A stretch of DNA of 64,000 nucleotides, taken from contig CM052816.1 in assembly GCA_028534125.1 (NCBI GenBank), positions 33,668,001-33,732,000 on the forward strand, read 5' to 3'. Below, piece by piece: positions 36,701-48,245 of this stretch. Below the pieces are notes generated by a model. The model had not been told where the DNA came from, made no database searches, and worked only from the letters and a program-made list of their open reading frames with translations. The position numbers and the translations under genes were made by a program. The number at the start of each line of letters is the position of its first letter. Position 1 is the first letter of the stretch. Source of the stretch: Lama glama (Eukaryota).

Positions 36701-38099
36701 CATTTATTTTCCTGTTAAACGCCTGATAGAGACGTTGGCTAGGGTTTAGGGGCCATGTTGTATAGACTAGAATAACACTTAGCAAAGTGAGAGTTCCGTG
36801 TTGTAAGAAACATTTTGGAACCAGCTGAGGGGTACAGGTTCTTAGGTCATGTGTTGTGCTGACTCTCCAGCTTAGGCTTAATGGTGTGACTGGCAGAATC
36901 ATCACCTGAGTTGTTTAAATGATTATTTGAATTATTATTTTTGTAGAGGACTTGATGGCTGAATTGTGTAAATTAACTGTGTGTATGCTGGAACTTGAAC
37001 GTATGAACAACAGCTAAACTCCTTTCTGAGATAAGCAATTTTAGAAAATATGTTTCTGGGTGAATTTCTAGTTTCCCAAGTTCCTAATTGCATAGAAAGG
37101 GTTTCTTCACTATCCCTGGATAGTGTTTAGGGAATGTTTGATCTCAATGAAGTTCATATATTCTATATGCAGTTTTCTTGGGAGACATTCATATGCTCTT
37201 ATCAAATGTTCACTGGGTACTGTGACCCAAACAAGATTAAGAACCATCTTTGTATCTCTCTTCTAACATCCAAAATAAGAATTAAATTATTCAAAGAAGT
37301 GAAGCCATAGGCTATATGAGGCTTACAATACTTAACGTTAAGCTGGGGAATCCTAGAGAAAGTGGTCTGTAGGAAAATCCTGGCTGCAGTGTCCCTTGGT
37401 AGCCTCCTTTCCCATAGCCAGTCCTGGAGAGTTGCATTACATGATTTCAGTGGGTCAGCTAAAAGTAATGTAATGGATATCTAGGGACATACAAGCATTG
37501 CTATGAGACTAAAAAGAGTTCATTCTTCTGGGAATGGTAGCTCCTTTTCCTGTGATTCATACATGCAGAAGCCCCTGGCTCCCTAGTGTTCCTATTAGAT
37601 ATTCCTAATACAAAATTGTATTTACTAATCTGGATATAAATTCACAGTATCGAAGAAATGTATGGGCACTGAAGGTTCTCTTTTCTTTCCTTTTACTCTG
37701 TGCAAAAATCTACTCATGATATCTCTTATCCACTCTAAGCCCTTCCAGTGACGGTTCTTCTCTTTATGAATTAGGATATTTGTCTTAAACACTCATCCTA
37801 GCAGGTCATTTAAAATAAATTTTTATCTTATTCTTTTAATTTGTGGGAATAGTTTCCCTATAATTTCCTTATTGAAATAGTAGAGAATCTCAATAAGGTG
37901 CACAAAGATGTGTCATTTTCTAGCATTTTATAGCTTTCCCTTACCTCATTATGTTCATTTAATCTCTCCTACTTTCCTGTTAAGGTCGTATCTCTTGACC
38001 ATGAATTTCATTATTTACTTTAGTCTCCACTTCAGTGTATCATTTTCTCTTTTACTATATTTTTTTTTCAGATTCAGAAGAAGTATTCCCTTCCCTGAA

Positions 38100-39160
38100 A
38101 TAAACTACTCTGTGTCTTGAATCTTTTTGTGACTCCCGAGAAAAATCTTAGGCTCAGACTCACCTGGTTCTCATCCTTGCCTCTTTCTCCTTACTGGTCC
38201 TTCTTCAGTGCCTTCAAAATGTGGTGGTAACTGCCTCCTCTTTATAAAATACTTTCTCTGACTTTCATTTCACCACTGAACTTTTGAATTAAAAGCTCAC
38301 ATCATCCATGTTTTCAACACTCATTCTCTTTTTAAACTGATGTAATCTCACTTCTATTTCAAAACTGATTTCTTGATGGTCAAAAATGAACCAATAACTA
38401 ACCAGGGGCTGTTCTTGGCCTGAACTTCTTGGAGGCTTGAGCTGGAGATCACACGCTCCCTAAAATAACAGATCTGTGTCATTTGTTAATCAAGCCCAAA
38501 TATTTTAAAGTGTTTTACATACAATAACTCATCTTCTCATCACGACACTCTATGAGGTGGTATGGTGATTACCCCCATTCTACAGATGAGGAAACTGAAA
38601 GCAGAGAAGGTAAAGTTTTGTCTTAAAGGCCAGATCAGACGCCCTTGGTTCTTTGCTCTCTCATTTCTACTTATTTTTCTGGCTTCTCCTTTGCTGGCTT
38701 CCCTTTCTACCATCATCCTGTGAGCATTCCATCCCCCATAACAGCTGTTTGTCCTTATTTTCTCTCTCTACTCATGTGCTTTCAGTAAAGTAGTCCTGTT
38801 TTGTTAACAAGTGATCATCTTTTTGGAGATCAATTCTCACTACTCTTGTGACCACTTTGTTCTGGATTCAGTTTTGGTTATTTGCCCACATTTAACTGGT
38901 CATTTTTCTTCCCTTCAGCTATTACATTTATTCCCATCTTTTAAGATCCGGCCTTTTCTGATTTCCCCTTTCTTCTCTGGATTCCTGTAACTTTTATTGT
39001 CCAGAACAGTCAACTTGATATAAATGGCCTATTGCATTATGTATTTGTTTCTTATATTCATGTCTTGCCTTTTCCGCTGTATAGGAAATTCTTGGAGAAA
39101 TGGGGCTCTGCCTGTTAATTGTTTTATATTCTCTTTCTTTTGTTAGTATTTAGAATTTAA
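38100..39160 (+). mobile_element. L2 fragments with a nested MIR (~38480-38635, minus)
   Basis: L2-type 'tctcacttctatttcaaaactgatttcttgatggtca'. MIR part: 'cccattctacagatgaggaaactgaaag'. Confidence 0.6.
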
Positions 39161-39179
39161 CATAGTGGTAAATACATGA

Positions 39180-39585
39180 CAGGTAGTTTATCAGCTAAGC
39201 TCTTTGGTTCCAAACAAGAGAAAACAACTATGGCTAAAATAAGCAAAAGCAAAACTGTGGTGAGGATTTGGACAGCTGTTGGAGCTGATGGGAGCTGAAG
39301 CACCAGTGGTCCTCCAGCCAATGAGCAGATGCTGCTACTGCTGATCAGGATGGGTCTCCAACCACTTTGTCTCTTAGACTCTCTGCTGAAGGTGCAAATG
39401 AGAGGAAAGAGCATCTGAATGTCCTACCTGAGATCTCATGCTCCTCCACTGAGGGAGGAAAGGTTACTAATTAATGTCTAACCAGGCTGTGTTATATAGG
39501 AAAAAGGTAGTCCCTACCCCCAAAATCTCATTGCTAATAATAAAGGAAAAAGGATATTGGGAAACAACCCCCCAAAAGTTTATAA
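39180..39585 (-). mobile_element. Old MLT1-type LTR
   Basis: 'tctttggttccaaacaagagaaaacaact.tggctaaaataagcaaaag...agagcatctgaatg'. Confidence 0.5.
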
Positions 39586-40865
39586 TAGGTAAACACTTGT
39601 TGAATGAATGAGTTAATAACCTTGTGACATTAATTACCACAGTGAGGTTTAGTTTTGCAAATCAGCATGACATATATGCATTTATTCTTATTGATTAGAG
39701 CTGACTCAACATGTGTATGGTAATTGGGGCTGCAGAAATTTGGGGGCAGAGAATGCAGGTCAAGGGTAAATTTAGACACTCCAAAGAAAACAGGCCCTTA
39801 TTTGGATATTTAGACTCTAACTATTTGTGAAGAGATAAGTCAGAATGTTTGGTCACATGTCATCTGAACTACACTTCATCCTGCATCTAAAATTTAGGAA
39901 GAAGAGGCTGAATAATACAGAATTGGTTTCAAGGTAAGCATGATAAATTGAAAGGGGTTCACAAATTCTCTTTGCTGTTAGGTAGGACATTTCACTTACC
40001 CATTTGCTTTTCTGATTCCTCATATGTAGAAGAAAGGACTGAAACAAAATTGAAAATCTCACTAGTTAAAAAGCTTACCTTTTCAGAGAAAATCTCTCAT
40101 TCATATTTGATGTGGTTCTAAGGTGGTCCATAATTAATTATCACTTGCAGAAACCATGATGGAATGAATACCTTTACTGGTTACTTATCTAGACACACCA
40201 AATGACTCTTCAAATAAATTCCTCAGACTTATCCAGACCAGTCCTGAGATGTTTGTATGAAATTACTCCCCTCTCTGCATTTGGTTAGACTCTCCCCTGC
40301 CCCTGCCCAGTCATGGCAGTCTGTTTTGAATGGCATGAGTCCAATCATTTTGCTTGTCTACTGGGACCCTGAGCAGTGACAAAACCCGGAGTTCTGGCTT
40401 CCACTTGCATTCTCTCCAGATTTGTGCTGAAGCTTTCATGGCTTCATCTAAGATAGATTTCTCCCCCTTCTCTGGCCGTACTTCTATTAAAATTCTATTT
40501 CTCAACTCACTGAGCCCAAGTCTTTAGTCCTGGCTGTTGGACAGTCTCCTCTTCATTTAAAGAGATACGGCTGACCATTACATGATTTCATGAGTACATA
40601 TTGTAGTAGAATTAGTGCCTATCTGTACACCCTGTAGATGGGACTTACTTTTATGGAATAACCTTAGGGAGACCAACCCTGAGTAAGCATTCACATCAAA
40701 GGTTTTAAAGTTCAAAACCTCTCCTGTAGTTTACAGCTAGATTAGATGATGGTATGTAGTCAAAGTCATATACAAGATGTGATTCTTGTCCTATGGACAC
40801 AACAGTACAATGTAGGTAAAATGTCATTAAGGTACTAAAAATGAACTGTTACAGTGAAGTGATTT

Positions 40866-40926
40866 TAGTGTCCTTATAGTGGACTATAGTGGACTACATA
40901 GTGGACTATAAGGACTATAGTCCTTA
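40866..40926. repeat. Short tandem plus inverted repeat cluster with an 18-bp perfect palindrome
   Basis: (tagtggacta) x3. gtccttatagt (40870-40880) has an inverted copy actataaggac (40905-40915). taaggactatagtcctta at 40909-40926 is self-complementary. Confidence 0.9.
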
Positions 40927-40984
40927 AAGTAACAAGGCTTTATGAATATCATACTTTCTGCCTTCCCCTCCTGTAACCCCTACT

Positions 40985-41110
40985 ATCACACGTAATTGTG
41001 CACGTTTTGCATTGCACCTCCCTAGGGGCCACCATTCATGTTGTAATCTAAGTAAATGGTACTACCTGGATGTAGTGTACAACCTGTGCAGCCTCACCTG
41101 ATGTTCCTGC
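40985..41110. mobile_element. MER91-like hAT-Tip100 MITE
   Basis: Degenerate hairpin 'ttgtgcacgttttgcattgcac...ccattcat...aatggt...gtgtacaacctgtgca'. Confidence 0.55.
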
Positions 41111-43949
41111 TCCCCACACCTACACAAATGCAAGAAGCTCCAGCCATGTCAAACCCTGAATGCACCAGGTAAAAGTTTAGTATCTCTTTCATCTCTGGTT
41201 ACTTTTTTGCTTTGTGTCCTTCCATACTTCATCTTTCTGGGATGCTCCACTTCTTTCTTTAAGATACATTTTAAGTTATATTATTCATTAAGCGAAGACA
41301 TGACAGTTGTAAATATTGAGTATTACTGAATACATGTCACTCTTTAGGTTCTGTTGTTACTGTTATCCTTACCATACTCTATTGTACTTACCTGTTTTTC
41401 CTACTGAAGTTTAAGGGCCATGACTTACATGTCTTGGCAGACTTAACAGTTATCATGGTGCCTGGCAGCCAGGTAAGCATATCACAAAAGTTTCTGAATA
41501 ACTGGTTCAATAAATGTTCAAAAAATGAATGCTTTTTTCAGATCTCTGTTTTCGTAATAGCCACTGTAGTACAAATACCAGGTTAGAGAGGACAGTGGGG
41601 CAAGTGATGCAGTAGTTTAGCTGTTCGTTTGCCTTTTGTCCTGTGTAGTGATTTGTTTTGTTTTGTTTGTTTTATATGATCCTTTTTTCCCCTAAAAGAA
41701 TGGAAATGGTTTATATATACACATAAATTATAGTAGGATAAAACATACTGTTGAATAAATATTAGTAAAGGTAAAATCAGGATGGGAAATTTAGATGCAC
41801 CAGGTTTAGAGTTAATTAAAAAATCCATGCCACAAAGATGCTACGTATTTGATAGGAAGTGAGATACAACAGTGGTTCTGAGTGTCCGTCTAACAAAACA
41901 AAGATAGAAACCAGCCCAGCAGCAAAACTCATACTGTTCGTGGCCTAAATACAAATCATGTACTGAGGTCAACTTTATTTGGCCTTTGAACAATGTCATA
42001 CGTGAAGGTATTTCTACCATGAGTCTTCCCCAGTAAGAGAACAAGTGATGTGGTGGGCAAATTCATCTAAACACTATGATAAATAGAGTTAATTTTATGG
42101 CTTTTCATTATTCCTCAAAATAACTAGATAATATGATGTGAACTTATACAGATTTTATATAATTATTTTTAAGTAGCCAAAGCACTGTGTTATAGGTATA
42201 GATCTTTGATGCTATGGCCAAGTGCAAGACAAAATTTAGTGCACCTGAAAGAGTGTGTAAACTATACATGGTTTTAGGCAATCACTCAAGAATATTTTGT
42301 CTCACAACCAAGTAGATAGTAAACATTGTCTAGGAGGGTTGATTCACACCTTATATTATCAATGGAAAAAAATGTAAGTTTGATACGATTTTGTCAAAAA
42401 TCATGGGTATATTTACTTAATTTATTCTAAGATACATATCTGAGTGGATGGTCATCCCATGACCACACAGAGATTGGCCAAGGCTTAAACTACATTCTGG
42501 GTCTACTCTAGGATGTTGGAGAGTAGCTTTCAGTAGTCTCCTGATTTTCACCCCAGAAACAGTAAAAATAATTTTAGTTGTTAAATTTTCAAAAGAGACT
42601 TTATAAAACACTTTACATGGTTATAAATAATTGAAAACAACGTGGCTGACTTTAGTTATACTTTCTTAATGATCCCTTCACATTTATTTAGATTTAAAGT
42701 ACACCTTTTTATTTCTAAATAAGTTGACCTGCCATTTTAGGTTGTTGGATATAGACCTGCTATTGTTGGAAGATATCCACCCAAAATAATTTGATGTACA
42801 TAGTTTTAAAGCTCTTTATTGTTGTTGTATTGTTACTGTGGCAGTTAAGTGGTAGAACCTGAAGAGAGATTGTTCCTTCCTAGTTTGTACAGTAAGTCCA
42901 TGCCGTCAGCACAGAGGGTCTTGTTCTATTCTCTGTAGCAGGAGATAGGGAGAATATAGACAAATCATCAGAAATTTGTTTCAAACCAGTAAAGTACTAG
43001 TTAAAAATAAAGGAGATTCCAGTATAATATTGCAGACTGAGCGTAAGCATTTGTCTTTCCTGTCATCAGGATCCTTACATCAAAGAAAGCAAATTTGAAA
43101 AAGAAAAAGAAACAAAACTTCTCATAACAGTTGTTCCAGGAAAATTTTGGAATTATGACTAATTTCCTCTTCCTCCCTAACAAAATGTTTGGGAATAAAC
43201 ACTGATCCTTATGAAATACTTGGGGGCTGGGTGGCAGATCTCTAGGGGAAATTTTCTTTTAAATTTCTAACTCAGAACTTCCCTAAACACCCTGGTGGCT
43301 GAGATTTATAGGAGCTATTTAAAAAATAAAATGTTTCGTCTTGTTTACAAAAGCTACTTGCAAAAATTCAGCTTTGTCAACTAGTTGGGTAAATGAGTTT
43401 TCTTTATTTAAATGAAGAAGGTGGTCTGTATTGCAGCACACTTGTAACTGCGTGGGATATGTAAATTCATGGCATAGAAAACCTGCACTTATCTTGCTAT
43501 CTGAAGTTAAGCATTGCATATTCCAAAAGAGAGTGCTTGGTTTAAGGTGTAATCTGGTGAGTGATGTTCTCCAGTAGTATGCAGCAATAAAGTCATTGCT
43601 TATGAGGACTGACTATCTTCTGTTCTAATATATGGTGAAAAATATGATAGCAGAGAACATCAACAAGTAAGAAATTTCAGCAAATCTGAAAGGAAGTGTT
43701 TAGAGACAGGTTGATGGATGAAACATAGCAAAAAGTGTCACAGCACAGAATGTATTCTAGAAGTTGTGTTGGGGAAGTAGGCACTGATTGTCTTGATGGA
43801 AATCACACAGAGTTCCTGCTGAGAGTTGGCAAGTATTGAGGGTGCAGTGGGTGGCAGGTAGAGCTGAAACTAGGCGAATTAGTTCTAAGTCTGTCTGTGA
43901 AACCGAGGAAAGCCACCTCAGCTACACAGAATATATTCTTCTTTAAAAA

Positions 43950-45355
43950 ATACTTTCAATTGTGGTAAAGTACACTGAACATAAAATTTGCCATTTTAAG
44001 CATTTTAACTGTTGAGTTCAGTGATATTAAGTACATTTACATTGTTGTGCAACAGTCACCACCATCTACCTGCAGAACTCTTCAGCCTGCAAAACTGAAA
44101 CCCTGTACCCATTTAACTATATCTCCCCATTCTTCCCTCCCTGCATTTCTGGTAACCACCATTCTGCTTTCCGTATCTATGAATTTGACTACTCTAGGTA
44201 CCTCATGTAAGTGGAATTATTTGTCTTTTTATTTAAAGATACAAAAATTATTTTACTGTTAATGTAATGGTTGTATGGCAACATGTTCGGAATAGTGAAT
44301 TTATAGACACTTAATATGCAAATCATAATATAAGCAGCATGATAAACTAGGAACTTATGAGTGCTTTGGTTTGATGGAGTTTTTTTTCAGTTTTTTAAAT
44401 TGAAGTATAGTTGATTTACAGTGTTTCAGGTACACAGCAAAGTGATTCAGTCTTACATACATGCATATCTATATATTTATTTTTCAGATTCTTTTCCATT
44501 ATAGGTTATTACAAGTATTTGTCTTTTTGTGACTGGCTTATTTTGCTTAAAATGATGTCCTGAAGATTCATCCATGTTGATGCGTATGTTATAATTCCCT
44601 TCCTTTTTAAGACATAACAATATTCCATTGTATGTATGTACCACATTTTGTTCACTTATCTGTCCATGGACACTTGGGCTGCTTCCATCTTTTGGTTATT
44701 GTGAATAATGCTGCTATGATCATTGGTGTACAAATATCTGTCTGAGACTCTGCTTTCAGTTCTTTTGGGTATATACCCAGAAGTGGAATTGGCAAATAAT
44801 ATCAATTCTATTTTAATTTTTTTTTGAGGAACCACCATACTGTTTTCCACAGCAGCTGTACCATTTTATATGTCCATCAACAGTTCACAGTGGGTCTAAT
44901 TTCTCAACATCCTTCCTAGCACTTTTTGTTTTCTGGTTTTGTTTTTTGGGTTTTTTTTTTATAGTAGCCATTCCAATGGGTGTGAGGTGGTATTTCATTA
45001 TGGTTTTGATTTGCATTTCCCTAATGATTAGGGATCTTAAGGAATCTTTTTATGTGCTTATTGGCCATTTATGTGTTTTCTTTGGAGAAATGTCTGTCAA
45101 AGTCTTTTCCCATTTTTTAATCAGATTATTTTAATTGTTGTTGTTGAGTTATAGGATTTCTTTACATATTCTGGATATTAAACCTGTATCAGATAGATAA
45201 TTTGCAAATGTTTTCTCCCATTCCATGCGTTGCCTTTTTATTTGTTAGTTTTGTCCTTTGATGTAAAGAAGTCTTTAATTTTGATGTAGTCCAGTTTATC
45301 TGTTTTTTCTTTTATTGCCTATGCTTTTGGTATCATAGCCAATAAATCATTTTTA
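43950..45355 (-). mobile_element. L1MB-like 3' portion
   Basis: 'ttgtggtaaagtacac...cagtgatattaagtacatttacattgttgtgcaac...gtatatacccagaagtggaatt...tttgcatttccctaatgatt'. Confidence 0.9.
44231..44515 (-). mobile_element. Younger 5'-truncated L1 3' end (44380-44515) carrying ~150 bp of extra 3' sequence, nested in the L1MB
   Basis: 13-bp TSD tatttgtcttttt at 44218-44230 and 44516-44528. 'ttttaaattgaagtatagttgatttaca' is a typical laurasiatherian L1 end. Confidence 0.75.
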
Positions 45356-45384
45356 AATTGTATTCTTCACTTTTAATAAGAGTA

Positions 45385-46100
45385 AACAAAGAACAGATGT
45401 TCACAATTATATGCACACTCTTTCAGACAATAGCAAAGAGGAACTCCTTCCAAGCTGCTTTGATGAGGCTTGAATAATGCTGATACCAAAATAAAATAAG
45501 AACATTATGAAAAAGGAAAGTTACAGTTCTGTTTCATTTATTACTAGAAACACAAAGGAAGTATTTACAAATAAAATCCAATAGTGTTTAAAGCAGATAT
45601 ACACCACAGCCAATTTGGGTTTATCCCAGTGTATAAAGAAGGTTTAATATTAGAAAAAATCCATAAATATGGTTAACCTGTTTATAGGTTAAAAAAGAAA
45701 AATTCATGTAATCAGCTCAAAACCGAATTCAGAGGAAACATTTGATAATATACCCATTCATTATTTAAAACTCTTTCTAAATGAGAATTTCACCCAATAA
45801 ACAGTATATAGCACTCAAAGAACTGTAATGGCATTTAAAAAGACTGGTAAATGAACATTATGATATTTAATAACTTTTTAACAAGGTTAAAATAATGACA
45901 GATTTTGAAGAATGCATAGATGCAATAAACTTTATGAAAAGGAAAGCCAGTGAAGAATTAATGTAGGATTCAGGAGGGTGACACCTTTGAAAGAGGATGG
46001 CAGGGAGATGGGAATGTGGAGTCTGGATGCTTGTCTGAGGGGCCCAGCGTTGGTTTGGGACGATGATTTTATATCAGCTTATTACAGAGTTAAAAGTAAG
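45385..46100 (+). mobile_element. Old L1 ORF2 and 3' fragments
   Basis: 'tttgatgaggcttgaataatgctgataccaaaa...gggtttatcccagtgtataaagaaggtttaatattagaaaa'. Confidence 0.7.
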
Positions 46101-46129
46101 GAATCAACCAAATAAACAAAGTGGGTCCG

Positions 46130-47760
46130 TCTTGGAGTGATGACCGCCAATCATCATGGAATGAGAATTATGATTAATGCACCCGGGGTCAAATGAAAGA
46201 AAAACCACTTGACTGTAATGTGGGGATGGAAACAGTAGGACAGTACTTGAAAGGGACATACTGGAGAAATTTTTATTTTCCTTTTTTTGAGAATTGCAAG
46301 ACTTGAGGATGATTCTATGCTGTTGGAGAAGAGGCAGTATCAACAATGAAGCAGGGGATGTAGGAGAAAAGGAGAATAAGCAAAGGAGCTGGGGGCGCCA
46401 ACCAGGAGGGCTGGAATCAGAGCATGGAGAAGATCTCCCATCCTGTCAAGGGAGAGAGGAGCCTGGCAGTTGTGCCGGCAGGAAGTTGAGGGATTTCTTC
46501 TCTTGTGATTAACATTTCCTTTTCAAAGTGGAAATCAATGTCATCCTCTGAGTGAGAGGACTAGTGGCTGGGTAGGAAGTGTGGGGCGAGCTGTGAGTGG
46601 CTGACATGGCGGTCTGATTGATGGGCTAAAGAACTCTAGCTCAGCACAGACACATCTAGATTTCTGTCCTGACCCCCAGAGGCTAACTGTGGATGTTCCT
46701 GTGTTTGTTCATTTCTATTGCAGTTGTGGTCTCCTTGTTTTTTCTCTTCCTGTCTCCATTTCCTTTTCTCCCTTGTCCTTCTCCTTCCCCAGTTCTAATT
46801 CAAAAATGTCCCCAGAAGGATAACTGACTTTGGCTTGGGTAACATTCCCATTTCTGTAGCAATCAAGCATGGTTGGTGAGTAGGAGCTAGCATTGCTCAG
46901 GCTTGGCCCAGGTGCCCACCCCAAATCATCCACAACAGACAGAGAGGTGGGATATGTAAGAAGATGGCATCTCATTCAAAGACGAATTTCTCAGAAGAAG
47001 GAAAGATACTATTCTGGGCAGACAAAACAATAGAAACCCAGCACATTATTCAAATAATTGCTGCTATGGAGATTAAGAAGTAAAACTAAATAGAAAAACA
47101 GTTTCTGAACAGTGCGGAGGGTCTGTTCAAAGTCAAAGAACATGAAAGTCTAGTCTGAGCAATTTAGAATATAATTCCATATGATTTTCAGCAGCAATGC
47201 TCAGCAACTCTAGTGCAAATAGATTTTTGCCGTCGTCCTGATTTGGTTTTTTTTAGAGATGTGACAGAAAAAAAAGGGCTAAGACAGACATAATGGCAAA
47301 ACAGAGGATGAAGAGATGGATGGATGGTAATAATTAAAGATGTATACGAACGAAAGTGGGGAGAGGAGGAAGGACTGGGAGAAAACAGGATGAAAAAGTT
47401 TACTGGGAAAATGTATGTAATGGGGCTGAAATGGTCTGAGGTCATGGCCAAAGAATTGGAAGACAGTGTTTTAAGAGTGGATAATTATGCAGGATAATAA
47501 ATTTTAGTAACTGACTATAGAAGTAGTTTACTAACTTGGAATAAATACAGTGGAAATTAGAGGCTAAAAAACAGATGCTAAGCTTGGGGTGGTTCATTCA
47601 TGTAGACATTGGTGTCTGCCAGGCCACGGCAAGTTTCAGGCTAGAAGAGGACATTAACACAGATGGTAAAGGCGTCAGTGAATGAGCGAGTGTATACTTC
47701 TTTGCCCTTGCTAAATTTATTATAGTGATGATCAGGAACTGTTTGACCCCGAGGGTCTTC
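46130..47760 (-). mobile_element. L2 fragments interrupted by an MLT1-type LTR (~46620-47045)
   Basis: Purine-rich L2 antisense sequence. The MLT part ends 'actattctgggcagacaaaacaatagaaaccca'. Confidence 0.5.
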
Positions 47761-48180
47761 AAACTGGAATATAGTTTCTTGCCCCATATTTGTCTTAACG
47801 TCACATCAAAACACTTTGGGTATGGAGTTTAAATTAAAAGGAATTTTATTGAAGAGAAGAATGGGTTAATGAATCATGAATATATTTAACATAGTACTTA
47901 TTATGTAGTTAGTATCAGATACTGTGAGAATGATCAAAGTTACATTCTCTGACATTAAAGAGTTTGTAATTTTTTGTGAAAGTTAGGAGTACACATACAA
48001 AACAATGAGACAATAAAAGACTAGTATAGGGTGAAAAGAAGAGTAAAAATGTAGTAAAATTGGCCAAACACCTGTTTGGAAAAACGTTAGGCCAATTTTT
48101 ATTAGGCTTTTATGTGAACTTACAAGAAAAGGAATGATATAAACTGTTGTAAGAACTCCTCTACGTGTAAGACTTGGAAA

Positions 48181-48245
48181 TGTGTGTGTGTGTATATATA
48201 TGTATACACACTACATATATACACAGATATACATATTATATGTAA
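48181..48245. repeat. Compound (TG)n/(TA)n microsatellite
   Basis: Seen directly. Confidence 0.8.
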
